Shown in pieces: positions 19,913 through 31,034 of a stretch of DNA of 64,000 nucleotides; the stretch's first letter is position 1, and every line of letters begins with the position of its first letter. The notes below the pieces were generated by a model. It was not told where the DNA came from. It saw nothing but the letters and a program-made list of their open reading frames with translations, and did not search any database. A program made the translations under genes and the position numbers. This DNA comes from Candidatus Methanoperedenaceae archaeon (lineage in GTDB: Archaea > Halobacteriota > Methanosarcinia > Methanosarcinales > Methanoperedenaceae), in assembly GCA_963753595.1 (NCBI GenBank), contig CAVWCX010000022.1:1-64000 (forward strand). The letters are read 5' to 3'.

Positions 19913-21079
19913 ATGGAAAAACTGAATGAAAATAGTAATATTTCCAAAGTGTCGCTTGTAAGGTGCCAGACCTATGATAATTCAAGTGTGGATGCCGCGG
20001 TTGAAAAAGCGCTGGAGCTTATTGGCGGAATTAAAAGCTATGTAAAACCAGGCGATTGCGTCCTTTTGAAAATAAATCTCCTGACAGGTGATGTTCCTGA
20101 AAAGGCAGTTACCACACATCCTGCTTTAGTCCGGGCCATGATACGCCAGGTCAAAGCAGCCGGAGGAATCCCGCAGGTTGGCGACTGCAGCGGCTATGAG
20201 GGGGGGCCAAATTATAAAAGATACATTACAGCCTGCAGTAATGCCGGCATTGTGAAGGTATGCGAGGAAGAAGGAGCCAGGATCCTGCACCTCAGTGCAG
20301 AGTCTATCGAGGTAAAAAATCCAGGCGGCCGGATGTTCAAGAGCTTCATCTTATCAAAGCAGGTCCAGGAAGCCGATGTGCTGATCTCCCTGCCAAAACT
20401 CAAGACCCATGGGCTGACATTATTTACCGGAGGGGTGAAAAATAATTTCGGCTGTGTAACAGGTCTCAATAAAGCAAAAATGCATCTTCGAGCCCAGGAC
20501 CCGGAAACATTTTCCCAGATGCTTGTGGATCTCCTTGGGATTGTGCGGCCTGAATTGACCGTAATGGATGCAGTTGTTGGTATGGAGGGGAACGGACCAA
20601 GCAACGGCACGCCAAGACAGGTCAATGCAATTCTTGCAAGTTGTGACCCTGTGGCGCTTGATGCAGTGGCCTGCAAGATGATCGGTATAGACCCGTTCAT
20701 AGTACCTTCCACCCGCCTGGCACACGAACAGGGCATGGGAACTGGAGATATTTCCCATATCGATGTACTGGGAGAAGATCTGGAGAACATGCGAATTGAG
20801 GACTTCAAGTTTCCTTCCGGTACTGCATCATTTTTCCGCGCCAGGGGTTTGATGCGCTTCATTCGCGGAATGCTCGTGGCAAAACCTGAACTTGTAAGAA
20901 AACAATGCAAAAAATGCTGGATATGCATAGAACACTGCCCAACAGGTGCTTTATCAAAAAAAGAAGACTATCCTTCATTTGATTATAAGAAATGTATACG
21001 TTGCTACTGCTGCCAGGAACTGTGTCCGGGTAATGCCATCGAATTGAAGACTCCATTTCTGGGCAGGTTTGTGAAATAA
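19913..21079 (+). CDS. DUF362 domain protein with C-terminal 2x[4Fe-4S] ferredoxin
   Basis: LKINLL, TTHP, PKLKTH, GMEGNGP, two CxxCxxCxxxCP. Confidence 0.9.
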   Translation: MEKLNENSNISKVSLVRCQTYDNSSVDAAVEKALELIGGIKSYVKPGDCVLLKINLLTGDVPEKAVTTHPALVRAMIRQVKAAGGIPQVGDCSGYEGGPNYKRYITACSNAGIVKVCEEEGARILHLSAESIEVKNPGGRMFKSFILSKQVQEADVLISLPKLKTHGLTLFTGGVKNNFGCVTGLNKAKMHLRAQDPETFSQMLVDLLGIVRPELTVMDAVVGMEGNGPSNGTPRQVNAILASCDPVALDAVACKMIGIDPFIVPSTRLAHEQGMGTGDISHIDVLGEDLENMRIEDFKFPSGTASFFRARGLMRFIRGMLVAKPELVRKQCKKCWICIEHCPTGALSKKEDYPSFDYKKCIRCYCCQELCPGNAIELKTPFLGRFVK

Positions 21080-21269
21080 TGAAATATGAGTGAGCGCTTT
21101 CAGCGATCTTTTATTGCACATCATGTAAGAAAAATTCATGAATGAAAGGCAATAGGACAGAATGTATACACTGCGGCTCTACTAAAATAAAGCCAGGGAC
21201 AAAAAAAAAAGAAAAAATGAGATCGCCGGGCAGGTAAAATCGATCCTCTTTTAGTCCAATTATTTGATT

Positions 21270-21425
21270 TTAGTCGTATTGTGCACCAGTTGGCTGTTCT
21301 GCCGAGCGTGATCTCAATTTTGCATAGAAGTCTTTCTGTCTCTGTTTCTCTGCATCATCTTCTTTTGCAACCTTGACCTTTTGGGCCTTTTCTGCATTTT
21401 CCATTGAGCTTTCTAAGCCGACCAT
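21270..21425 (-). CDS. Small (51 aa) charged hypothetical protein
   Basis: MVGLESSMENAEKAQKVKVAKEDDAEKQRQKDFYAKLRSRSAEQPTGAQYD preceded by a perfect AGGAGGTGA RBS. Confidence 0.6.
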   Translation of the reverse strand: MVGLESSMENAEKAQKVKVAKEDDAEKQRQKDFYAKLRSRSAEQPTGAQYD

Positions 21426-21538
21426 TTTTTGTCACCTCCTTTTTTCTTTTATTATTTTTTTTTATTTTCCCAATCAAGCAGATACCTCTTGATTCCTGGA
21501 AAAATAAACATTCATCAATTAATCTTCTTTTCTAATCT

Positions 21539-21634
21539 TCATTCTGAAATTCCATACAAGCCGGGTCGCCTGCTCTCTCTGATCCAGAGAGGATTCTCAA
21601 ACGCATTATAAACATCATCCGGCATTGCTACCAA
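21539..21634 (-). CDS. Possible 31-aa micro-protein
   Basis: GAGGTG RBS then TTG: MVAMPDDVYNAFENPLWIRESRRPGLYGISE. Confidence 0.35.
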   Translation of the reverse strand: MVAMPDDVYNAFENPLWIRESRRPGLYGISE

Positions 21635-21814
21635 AGTCACACCTCATATTGTCATCGTTTTTCATGATATAAAAATGTTTCACCCCGAAAGTGAACTACG
21701 CTCATTTCGTCGAACTTGTCAAGTTTCTAAACGTAAATAAGACGAGTAATTAGTGGCAGGAGAAACAGTGGATTATTGCGCAGACTGTAATCTTTCAACG
21801 AGAGTGAAAGGATC

Positions 21815-22303
21815 TCAACTATTGAGTCTCCAGATAAAAAAATTGAAGATCGCAGCAAAACTCACCCAGATTATGTAAGGGATAAGCAAAAGACCTGCGG
21901 TTCTTGATACCTTCATGAAAATCATTATTGTATATGCTATTGAGATCCACAGGATGGAAATTTCTATCAGCCCGGAAAGCGGGGACCGCAGACCAAAGAA
22001 CGCTGCCGACCACAAAACATTAAGTATCAACTGGACCGCAAAGATGACAAGAGCATTTTTGACCTGTTGATCTTCCAGACCCTTTCTCCATACCAGATAG
22101 AGCGAGATACCCATCATCACAAAAAGAGTCGTCCATACAGGAAAGAATAACCAGTTGGGGGGAGCAAAAGTTGGCTTGATGAGCGTAGCATACCATGTCG
22201 GGATCGCCGGGATCGTGAAAAATGAACCAAGAAAACCCGCGAAAAGACAAATTGTAATGCTGACGATTAGTTTGACCGACTCGGATGCATTTCTGTTTCT
22301 CAT
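21815..22303 (-). CDS. tspO: TspO/MBR family tryptophan-rich sensory protein
   Basis: WYATLIKPTFAPPNWLFFPVW, QLILNVLWS, PYIIWVSFA. Confidence 0.92.
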   Translation of the reverse strand: MRNRNASESVKLIVSITICLFAGFLGSFFTIPAIPTWYATLIKPTFAPPNWLFFPVWTTLFVMMGISLYLVWRKGLEDQQVKNALVIFAVQLILNVLWSAAFFGLRSPLSGLIEISILWISIAYTIMIFMKVSRTAGLLLIPYIIWVSFAAIFNFFIWRLNS

Positions 22304-22338
22304 GTATTTCTTCCTCTAACTTTAAATCGATACATAGC

Positions 22339-23685
22339 CTATCTTCTATCCACCAGGCGCTTTGGTCTACCTTTGATACGATAGAGTTCAAGATCCTGAA
22401 GAGCCGCAAAGTTGAAAATTATCCTGAACGTTCCATCTGCATACGATTGCTCAAGTAGCGGCTTATATTTGAAAAGCGCCCGCAGGAAGTTATCTTCAAT
22501 AGCTTTTCGGTCACATGTCTCCCGGTCAAGACATTCTACGCTTATCCTCAAAATCGTCTCTCCTTCATCATCGCCGCCGTAAAGGAACGCCTCATATTCT
22601 CCGGTAAGATATTCCATATTATCGCGCTGGAATACTCCCCGTTCCACGTCAACCCGATTAAAGGGCGTTTGTGCGACCCAGAAGGTTTCTGATTCACGCT
22701 GGGGATTCGTGATCTTCATATGTGTCCTTCCGCATGCGCATTGTTCTCTTTTGACCACAATGCTGGTGTCTTCGGTATCATAGTTCAGCAGCAATGTCCC
22801 GGATTTTCCACCCACGGGTAAAAGCGTAGTAAGTACAACCCTGCCGCATTCCCTGTCGCTTACAAAGTTTTTCAATGCAGGATCATAGATGTCAAGATGA
22901 ACCAGGTCTTCAGGCACGTGAAGCCCGCTAAAGTCGGTGCACTCACCGCACATCGTTCCTTCAGTGCTTCCGTAGGTGTTGTAGACCTGGCAACCCCAGA
23001 CCTCGGCAAGATAAGCACGCGACTCCTCGGCAAAACTCTCCCCTCCAACGACAAGGCGCTTGATACTTGATTCCTGTGGAGGGATATTTTCGTCTTTCAT
23101 CTGCCTGGCAAGACCCAGAAGTTTGAAAACGCTCCCGACAATCCCGGTTGGCTTATAATTCTTTACAACACGGGATGGAAATGTGCATTTACCGATCGGG
23201 ATGATCGTTAATCCAATTTCACGCGCAGCAAGGGTCATTGTATTGGCTCCGATGTTCATGCCGTATGAAGCGCAAACGATCACCCTGTCGCCGGGGCCAA
23301 AACCCTGTGAGACAAAGCTCCTGGCATATTTTTCAGCATACCGTTCCCAATCCTGCCATGTGAGAAAGAATGCTTTTGGGGTTCCGCTTGTTCCTGATGT
23401 TTCATGAAGCGTGAAAACCTCCCTCCAATCTACACACTTGAATTGGAAATCGGCAGTTTCAGGCGGCTGCTGCTCTCTTATTGTTTTTCCTGATATTATG
23501 GGTAATTCTCTCAGGTCTTCGTGTGTGCGCACATCGGATGGATTTATTCTATGCTCCTTGAACCACTTTTTATAGAAAGGCGAGTTTTCTCCGGCATACT
23601 TTACTGTATAGCGTATGCGCTCTTCTATCAGAGCATCCAGATCGCCCCTGCTCATTGTCTCTATTTTTTCATTAAAGAATCCCAT
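22339..23685 (-). CDS. ftsA: Coenzyme F390 synthetase (phenylacetate-CoA ligase family)
   Basis: HETSGTSGTPK, GGESF, YGSTEG, GRPKRLVDRR. Confidence 0.85.
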   Translation of the reverse strand: MGFFNEKIETMSRGDLDALIEERIRYTVKYAGENSPFYKKWFKEHRINPSDVRTHEDLRELPIISGKTIREQQPPETADFQFKCVDWREVFTLHETSGTSGTPKAFFLTWQDWERYAEKYARSFVSQGFGPGDRVIVCASYGMNIGANTMTLAAREIGLTIIPIGKCTFPSRVVKNYKPTGIVGSVFKLLGLARQMKDENIPPQESSIKRLVVGGESFAEESRAYLAEVWGCQVYNTYGSTEGTMCGECTDFSGLHVPEDLVHLDIYDPALKNFVSDRECGRVVLTTLLPVGGKSGTLLLNYDTEDTSIVVKREQCACGRTHMKITNPQRESETFWVAQTPFNRVDVERGVFQRDNMEYLTGEYEAFLYGGDDEGETILRISVECLDRETCDRKAIEDNFLRALFKYKPLLEQSYADGTFRIIFNFAALQDLELYRIKGRPKRLVDRR

Positions 23686-23853
23686 AACAAATAAAACCCC
23701 ATGAGTGATATTATTTTCCTATTTTATCTTAAGTTCTCCTGTTTGTCTTCTCCCGAATATTCGTAAAACTTCAACTGCCCCTTGCACAGGAGTGCGATAA
23801 TATCTTAGTTCCGCAATCCATTATTTACTATTGTAGCTATAATGTTATAAAGT

Positions 23854-24507
23854 ATGAATGACTGGCCCCCTTCCAACTACCCCATCTTAATTGCGCTTAT
23901 GCTTCTTGCAGTCACGGCTTTAACACTTGCTATCGGGGATGATGAACTCGCGCAAGATCTTGCCATTTATGCATATTATTTACTCGTCACAGGTGTAGTA
24001 ATTCGTTTTTTTGAGCTTGCACTGCCCAAATATTCCCTGCAAAAGCATAATCCTCCTGCTATGAAACGAATATCCCTTTTTTCAAATTCCATAAAAAATC
24101 ATGGATTATTATTTATTCGAAATATGGGAATCATGCTCAAAAATCTGTACGCCTGGCTGCAATCACATTTATGCAGGGCTATATTCGAAATGAAGGTTAG
24201 AATTTCAGGCTTTATAAGGCAGCATCCTCCTGAATTGATCTTTGTGCGAATTCAAGAGATGATAAGATACTTCAAGCGGCAATTTTTAAAGCTGCGGCGC
24301 CTGCATATTGTCAATCCTGGAAAAAACATTGCCCTGATTTCAGAAATATCCATGAACATCGGGATATTTCTTTCTGTATTCTTTATATTTTCATTAATTT
24401 ATGGTATAACGATCGACTGGTGGTTTGTTAAAGGATATTTAAATAACCTGATTTTTGCAATTCTTGGTTGTTTTATACTTTATATATTCTTGAGGGTGCG
24501 CTTATAG
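23854..24507 (+). CDS. Hypothetical membrane protein
   Basis: TM hairpins at both ends; LAIYAYYLLV motif. Confidence 0.6.
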   Translation: MNDWPPSNYPILIALMLLAVTALTLAIGDDELAQDLAIYAYYLLVTGVVIRFFELALPKYSLQKHNPPAMKRISLFSNSIKNHGLLFIRNMGIMLKNLYAWLQSHLCRAIFEMKVRISGFIRQHPPELIFVRIQEMIRYFKRQFLKLRRLHIVNPGKNIALISEISMNIGIFLSVFFIFSLIYGITIDWWFVKGYLNNLIFAILGCFILYIFLRVRL

Positions 24508-24581
24508 CTGGTTTATTTCAAAATGACGATAATTGGAATATAGCGTTAACTATATCATTATTGCAGGGAAGTTTTAACGAA

Positions 24582-26711
24582 ATGACTGGCTGGACGGATT
24601 ATATTTTAGAGGATAAGCAAAATTTGCTCTCTAAACACTATCTTTGTTATTTTGTCTTTTCACTACTTTCCATGGCGCTGGTCTGGAACCTTGCATCTTC
24701 GGGTTACGTTTTAACCCTGGATATGATATTTACACACGATACTTTCCGGATATCTGATCCGTTTTACGGATTGAGCGACCAATATTCAGTTTTACCTCTT
24801 TATGCATTTCTTGATTTTCTCGGTATTTTTCTCTCAAATGAATTCATTCAAAAATTGCTTTTTTTCCTTGTTTTTTTTGTTTCGGGTATTTCGATGTACA
24901 AACTCTGTCCCGAAGAATGGGGGACAGGAAGATATTTTGCCGGCTTTTTGTATATGATCAATCCTTTTATCTATGTCAGGTTCCTGGCAGGGCACTGGCT
25001 GATCCTGCTTGCTTATGCAGTCTCACCGATCGTTATTCGATCATTCATGGATTTTTTCGACTCCCCTTCCACTAAAAGATCATTATACGCAGCATTTCTT
25101 ATAACGGTTGTATTTTTTATTGATACTCATACACCATTCCTTTTGTTGATCGTTTTTTGCGTTTTTTATATTGTAAAAATTATGGAATCCGGAAAAAATG
25201 CGAAAAGGATCATTGAAATATCAAAAAGATCGCTTTTGATCGGTTTTTTCCTGTTATTGCTTAACTCATACTGGCTTGTCCCGGGTTTTACAGGAAATAA
25301 CACACCTCTTTCTGAGATCACAAGTTCTGATCTTTATACTTTTACGACCAGGCATGATGTCAACTTCAACACGCTCTTTACCACGGCCTCAATGTACGGT
25401 TTCTGGCGGGGCGGCTACCTGTATGCAAAAGACCAGCTGCCGTACTGGCACTTCTTTTTCATCTTCATATTATTCCTTGCAGTTCATGGTTTTGTTTCAA
25501 ACTACAGGCATCCAGAGCATGGTATCTATGTCAGGGCATTCGGAATAGTTGCAGTCCTGTCGGTCTTGCTTGCCGCCGGTATTTCAGGCCCGCTTGGAGA
25601 CGCGTTCGAATTTCTCTTTAACAACGTATTCTTCTTTAAAGGATTCAGGGAACCCCAGAAATTTGTGGCGCTTCTTGTAATGGCTTATGCATACTTAGGC
25701 GGGCTGGGGGTGGCGGAACTGGAAAAGAATGCCAAAACAAAAAGCAGCGATGCACCTAAGAATTTCGGGACGTGGCTCCTGGTCGCTCTTGCACTTTTTA
25801 CTCCATTTATCTATTCCTTCACCATTTTCGATGGCTTCCATGGCCAGCTTAAAACCACTGACTATCCAAAAGACTGGTACGCTGTCAACGATTTCCTTAA
25901 TGAGGATAAACAAGACTTTAATATATTGTTCATGCCATGGCACCTCTACATGGACTTCAAGTGGCTTCCAACTCCCCAGAAACGCATTGCAAATCCGGCA
26001 GGTATCTTTTTTGATAAACCTGTGATCCAGGGGGAAAATATGGAGGCTGGGGCGATCTATAGTTCTTCTTCAAACCCAGTTACAAAGTACATCGAGTTCC
26101 TGTTAGGAAAGAAAGATAAAATAGAGAATTTCGGGGGACTTGTTGCGCCGCTTAATGTTAAATATATAATTCTCACAAAAGAAGTTGACTATGAACAATA
26201 TGATTTTCTATATAAACAAAAGGACCTGGAGATGGTAAAAGATACTGAAAATCTTGTTGTTTTCAGGAACAGGCATCCTGTCTCCAGGTTTTATGAGGCT
26301 GACGGAGTGATCACCATAAAAGATTGGGAGGAATTGCTTGACCTTGGAAAGACACATGACCTGACTTCCTTTGCCATCGTGGTCGGGAATGAGACAAATA
26401 TACATGCATCGAAGGGGCAGGCTCTTAATTATATTATTGAGTCTCCGGTTAAGTATTTACTCGATCAGCCTTCGAAACGCTATATTGTTTTTTCCCGGAG
26501 GTATTCAGAAGACTGGAAGCTTGATGGAAAGACTCCTTTTGCGAACTTTGGAGTAACGAACGCTTATGATACTTCCGACATCAAAGGAAGTACCTTGTAC
26601 TATGAAAGATTTAATATTTATTTAATTGGATATATTATATCAGGAATTGCCTTCATATTTTTGATGATCTTATATTTTAATGAAAAAATCCGCGAAATAT
26701 CTGGCTTCTAG
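24582..26711 (+). CDS. Multi-pass membrane GT-C-like glycosyltransferase (AftD/DUF3367-like) with soluble C-terminal region
   Basis: Over 10 TM segments, early loop Asp (TLDM), YMINPF, FREPQKF, YPKDW; start taken at ATG 24582. Confidence 0.7.
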   Translation: MTGWTDYILEDKQNLLSKHYLCYFVFSLLSMALVWNLASSGYVLTLDMIFTHDTFRISDPFYGLSDQYSVLPLYAFLDFLGIFLSNEFIQKLLFFLVFFVSGISMYKLCPEEWGTGRYFAGFLYMINPFIYVRFLAGHWLILLAYAVSPIVIRSFMDFFDSPSTKRSLYAAFLITVVFFIDTHTPFLLLIVFCVFYIVKIMESGKNAKRIIEISKRSLLIGFFLLLLNSYWLVPGFTGNNTPLSEITSSDLYTFTTRHDVNFNTLFTTASMYGFWRGGYLYAKDQLPYWHFFFIFILFLAVHGFVSNYRHPEHGIYVRAFGIVAVLSVLLAAGISGPLGDAFEFLFNNVFFFKGFREPQKFVALLVMAYAYLGGLGVAELEKNAKTKSSDAPKNFGTWLLVALALFTPFIYSFTIFDGFHGQLKTTDYPKDWYAVNDFLNEDKQDFNILFMPWHLYMDFKWLPTPQKRIANPAGIFFDKPVIQGENMEAGAIYSSSSNPVTKYIEFLLGKKDKIENFGGLVAPLNVKYIILTKEVDYEQYDFLYKQKDLEMVKDTENLVVFRNRHPVSRFYEADGVITIKDWEELLDLGKTHDLTSFAIVVGNETNIHASKGQALNYIIESPVKYLLDQPSKRYIVFSRRYSEDWKLDGKTPFANFGVTNAYDTSDIKGSTLYYERFNIYLIGYIISGIAFIFLMILYFNEKIREISGF

Positions 26712-27961
26712 AATCTTTTTTCAGAGAAACATATGCCGACGAACAATATTGCCATCAAGGCAAAGAGTATCCTGACAACAGATAATGAACTATCATGAAA
26801 CATGGAGATCAGTGCAACTTCCATGACCGAAACAGCGCCCAGAATATACAAAAACCTGTATTTGCGTGTTGCAAGATCATAGAAAACAAAGGTGTTCGAA
26901 AGTGAGAACAAAGCCATGCCCGCTGCAAAATAAACAAGCAGGCCGTTTATTTCCACGAATTCAGGACCAAATAATAGTTTCACAATGAATTCCGGGGCAA
27001 TGATGAATAATAAAACGATAAAAAACGATATACTGCCTGTATATAATAAACTGTTCCTGAGAAGATTACTTCCATCATGATTCTTTTGATCCATCACGGT
27101 TGCTTTTGGGAACATGACCATAGCGATTGGCGCGGTAGCAAATAATACGATCTTTCCCAGAAGAGCTGCGGCAGCATAATATCCCGCCTCTTTGTCGCTC
27201 AAATAGTGTTTTACGATGAGCATATCAACATTCGTCACGAAAGTAAGCCCGATGGTTGCCAGAAGTACGATCATAGAGTAATTCAATAATTTGATATTGC
27301 CATTCACTTCTTTACTCCCTTTTAGAAAATGCAATGGCATAAAAGCAAGTAAGAGCCCCAGAAGTGATCCAATGAACACTGCAAGTAATGCGCCGTTTAC
27401 CCCGAAGCCGAAATAAACTAAAATTACTCCTGAAAGCAACTTGAAAAACGTGCCTGCAACACTATTTATTCCCATCTGCGAGAACATTTGCATACCCTGT
27501 AAAGTGCCAGTCAATACTGGTGCGAGAAAAGAAATAAAGAGTAAAACAGATAATATGAAAAAATACATCTTTGAATCTATCTTCAGGAAATCTGCTATGA
27601 AGAAGCTCAATATAAAAAATATGACCGATACCGGTAATGATATAAGAGTGAGTTTCCGGAATACATACTTCAACAGGTATTTTATCTTTTCAGGCTCCCA
27701 GCTGTGATCTGATACCAGTTTTGCAACAGCTGTCTGGATCGTGGATGACGGTACTGACATTATATAGAGCAGCGCCACAAGAGAACTGTAAATACCATAA
27801 TCAGATGGCCCAAGCATTCTTCCAACATAAAGCTGGAATAAATAATTCAATAATCCTGTCATAATAGAAGCTGCAAACAGGATAGTGCTGTGTTTTAAAA
27901 GATCGTTGCTTTTAAAAAGTTTGATGAAATCCATAAAATGATACATAAATTCCTGTTCCAC
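26708..27961 (-). CDS. Oligosaccharide flippase (Wzx/MOP family)
   Basis: RMLGPSDYG, NVDMLIVKHYL, AGYYAAA, VMFP; about 12 TM. Confidence 0.88.
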   Translation of the reverse strand: MEQEFMYHFMDFIKLFKSNDLLKHSTILFAASIMTGLLNYLFQLYVGRMLGPSDYGIYSSLVALLYIMSVPSSTIQTAVAKLVSDHSWEPEKIKYLLKYVFRKLTLISLPVSVIFFILSFFIADFLKIDSKMYFFILSVLLFISFLAPVLTGTLQGMQMFSQMGINSVAGTFFKLLSGVILVYFGFGVNGALLAVFIGSLLGLLLAFMPLHFLKGSKEVNGNIKLLNYSMIVLLATIGLTFVTNVDMLIVKHYLSDKEAGYYAAAALLGKIVLFATAPIAMVMFPKATVMDQKNHDGSNLLRNSLLYTGSISFFIVLLFIIAPEFIVKLLFGPEFVEINGLLVYFAAGMALFSLSNTFVFYDLATRKYRFLYILGAVSVMEVALISMFHDSSLSVVRILFALMAILFVGICFSEKRF

Positions 27962-28089
27962 GCTTAAATGTTGGTTAAGAAAGCCCAGATAATTATTAAA
28001 TTATAAATATTATATAGAAAAACAAGTACAAGTAAAATGTTTATATACTATTCATATAGTTAAATCCCTAATTCGATAAAAAAACAACT

Positions 28090-29406
28090 ATGGAAAATAA
28101 CAAACCATTTATTAAAAGTGCAGTAATTACAATTATAGTCATTGCTTTCCTGGTTTTTTCAGGGCATATAGCGCAAGCGGTAAAAATTACCTTAAATGCA
28201 GATAAAACCGAGGTAATAGCAGGTGATTTTACCGATAATCAAATTAAATTCACAATATGGGTGAATTTATCCAACCCTGATGCATATGTTCCTTTGCAGC
28301 AGATCTATCTGAATTTGACCGGAAATTCCCCGAGACAATTCTCATTCGATTTAAATGGAGCTAATATTGTTGGTAATGAAAATGGAGAAATGACCGTATT
28401 AAGAGGTGAAGGTTCTCTAACAGATTACTATGGTTTCGGACCAGGGATTGGATATGATTTTAATGATGGTTCAAATACTGCTTTTGGAGATACATCCGGT
28501 TATGTGCCTCCATTTAACATGTCCTATGTTATAACCCTTAATACATCAAATATGTCTGAAGGGGATTATAATGCCCAAACCAATGTTTATGCCGAAGGTA
28601 GCAATGAACAAACACATAGTTTTTCCTCAACATCATTTCCCTTCAAGATACATCCCAGAGGCTATAAGTATCCAGTGCTAACCACCAGCTCCGGCGGAGG
28701 CGGCGGGGGAGGAGGAGGTGGCGGTTTATCAGGGGAGAACATATCCAATATTGAGTTAATAGAAAAATATGACCTCCAGATATCAAAGGATGTGACAACA
28801 TCCTACAGGTTTACACACGTGAAGAATCCCATAATGTTCGTCAATATAACCGGCAATACCACCCTGGGTGTAATCACGGCTTCTGAGGAAGTATTGAAAA
28901 GTACATCAGCCCTCGTAAAGACCCCGCCTGGAGGTCTTGTTTATAAAAACATCAACATCTGGGTGGGAACATCGGGCTTTGCAACACCAAAGAACATAAA
29001 GGAAGCTTCCATCAAATTCAGGGTAGATAATGCCTGGATGAACACCAACAGTGTTACAAATAGCGATATCATTCTGGTGAAATGGAATGGGGATAGCTGG
29101 ATAGAACTTGAAACAACGGTATTGTCAAAAGATGACACAAACACATTTTTTGAAGGAAGGACAAACGCATTTTCACCGTTTGCTATAACTGTGAAAACGG
29201 ATGGAGTAAAATCTTCACCCGGTCTTGAAATCCCACAACAGCCTGGAGCCACAATACGGAATCCTGATGAAAAACAGCCTGCAGAAACACCGATAATTTC
29301 ACGGATCGCATCGTCAGGGATGATCTCGACATGGTCTATGATATTGATTATATTAATTATCAATATAATTATAGTTGCAATGTACTTCTTATGGATGAAA
29401 AAATAG
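28090..29406 (+). CDS. Cell-surface protein with PGF-pre-PGF domain and C-terminal TM anchor
   Basis: Signal peptide, poly-Gly linker, SGENISNIE, VYKNINIWVG, FSPFAIT. Confidence 0.85.
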   Translation: MENNKPFIKSAVITIIVIAFLVFSGHIAQAVKITLNADKTEVIAGDFTDNQIKFTIWVNLSNPDAYVPLQQIYLNLTGNSPRQFSFDLNGANIVGNENGEMTVLRGEGSLTDYYGFGPGIGYDFNDGSNTAFGDTSGYVPPFNMSYVITLNTSNMSEGDYNAQTNVYAEGSNEQTHSFSSTSFPFKIHPRGYKYPVLTTSSGGGGGGGGGGGLSGENISNIELIEKYDLQISKDVTTSYRFTHVKNPIMFVNITGNTTLGVITASEEVLKSTSALVKTPPGGLVYKNINIWVGTSGFATPKNIKEASIKFRVDNAWMNTNSVTNSDIILVKWNGDSWIELETTVLSKDDTNTFFEGRTNAFSPFAITVKTDGVKSSPGLEIPQQPGATIRNPDEKQPAETPIISRIASSGMISTWSMILIILIINIIIVAMYFLWMKK

Positions 29407-29424
29407 ATGTATTTCGCCAGGAAA

Positions 29425-29453
29425 AGTGAGGGGATTTTGACAGTCCCCTCACT
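29425..29453. terminator. Hairpin between convergent genes (probable bidirectional terminator)
   Basis: AGTGAGGGGA...TCCCCTCACT 10-bp perfect stem. Confidence 0.6.
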
Positions 29454-30950
29454 CTAATACGTTTTTGCCATTATAGCAATATTTTCCGTCTCTTTCTTAC
29501 ACACAGGACAAATTCCCTTTCCTTTCCCGATTTCACCCTCAGGTATCCCTAATATCCCGGCGCCAACAGCTTCTTCCATGGCAAGTCCGCATTCACGATC
29601 ACCGCACCACGGTATCTTAGCTATGCCATTAGATATCTTCTCTTTCACTTCTTCAATTGTCGTGCATGCGATCAAACGTTCATCCAGAGATTTCTTTGCC
29701 TTCAAGTAAAGGTCCTCGTGGATTGCGAAAAATCGTTTTTCGATTTCAGCTTCGATATATATCAATGGTACGTTTTCCTTGTTCCCGCTGTCTCTTCTCA
29801 CAACTGTGGCTGCATTATTCTTAAGGTCGCGCGGGCCGATCTCAACTCTTAACGGAACACCCTTCAGTTCCCATTTATAATACTTTGCCCCCGGGCGCTC
29901 ATCGGTTTCATCAAGGGTGACCCTTATATTTTTCGCTTTTAACCGCTGGGCAACATCACGGCATGCATTCAATGTCTCATTAGGATTACCGTGTAATATC
30001 ATTGTTGTCTTATCGCTCTTCCCGAATAATATCGGGATAATGACGACCTGAATGGGTGCGATCTCCGGCGGGAATACCAGGCCTTTATCGTCCCCATGTA
30101 ATGATATCAACGCCGCGATACTTCGCTCTGAAACACCATAACATGTCTGGTGCGCCAGCACCTGTTCGCCGTTTATATCCTCGTATTTGATATCAAATGT
30201 CTTTGCGAAATTGCTTCCCAGGTGATGCGCTGTCCCGATCTGGAGGGTCTTATTATCCGGCATCAGTGTATCCACAGCCATTGTATAGTCAGCGCCGGGG
30301 AATTTATCCCAGTCCGGGCGTTTTGAGACAATGGTCGGGATCGCAAGTCTCCTGTAGAATTCCTGGTATATCCTTGTGGCTTCCTTTACCTGGTCAGCAG
30401 CTTCATCCCATGTTGCATGAACAGTGTGCGCTTCTTTAAAAGATGTTATTTCACGAAGGCGAATAAGGGGGCGCGTGTGCTTTGTTTCATACCTGAAGGT
30501 ATTTACGATCTGGTATATCTTGATGGGAAGATCCGCGTGTGAGCGCACCCATACTTTATACATCGGATAAATGGCTGTCTCACTTGTCGGACGAAGAGCA
30601 AGCTTCATATCCAGTTCATTCTTTCCGCCGTGTGTGACCCAGTAAACTTCATTTTCAAAACCTTTAATATGTTCTGCTTCCTTCATGAATTCGTTCTCAG
30701 GGATTAGAAGTGGAAAAAGAGCTTCCTTATGGTCTTTATCCAGGAGTTCACGAATTATCGCATAAGTTCGTTTTCGTACATCGAACCCGAACGGGAACCA
30801 GACATAAAGCCCTTTTACAGGATACCTGACATCCATTATTTCCGCCATTAGAAGTAGTTCATTATACCATTCACTGAAATTTGATTTTGTGGGAAGAACA
30901 GGTTTTTTTTCCTGTGTTGCTTTATCTTTTGTTTCTGCCATGGATGTCAC
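29454..30950 (-). CDS. proS: Proline--tRNA ligase (archaeal type)
   Basis: [25 protein letters not shown]-terminal AKTY. Confidence 0.97.
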   Translation of the reverse strand: MTSMAETKDKATQEKKPVLPTKSNFSEWYNELLLMAEIMDVRYPVKGLYVWFPFGFDVRKRTYAIIRELLDKDHKEALFPLLIPENEFMKEAEHIKGFENEVYWVTHGGKNELDMKLALRPTSETAIYPMYKVWVRSHADLPIKIYQIVNTFRYETKHTRPLIRLREITSFKEAHTVHATWDEAADQVKEATRIYQEFYRRLAIPTIVSKRPDWDKFPGADYTMAVDTLMPDNKTLQIGTAHHLGSNFAKTFDIKYEDINGEQVLAHQTCYGVSERSIAALISLHGDDKGLVFPPEIAPIQVVIIPILFGKSDKTTMILHGNPNETLNACRDVAQRLKAKNIRVTLDETDERPGAKYYKWELKGVPLRVEIGPRDLKNNAATVVRRDSGNKENVPLIYIEAEIEKRFFAIHEDLYLKAKKSLDERLIACTTIEEVKEKISNGIAKIPWCGDRECGLAMEEAVGAGILGIPEGEIGKGKGICPVCKKETENIAIMAKTY

Positions 30951-31034
30951 CGGTTGGATTGTGCTACTATAGTTTTATGGGCTATAAATTTTATTAATGG
31001 GAAAAACACTTTCCTGCAATAGTGTGGGACAAAT

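Noticed and set aside
21685-21730. GAACT-containing stretch as a third hairpin element copy
   Set aside because: Lacks the complementary GAGTTC arm and the downstream blocks.
22339-23685. ftsA as a cell-division gene
   Set aside because: It has adenylate-forming ligase motifs and no actin fold; the name is shared with F390 synthetase only.
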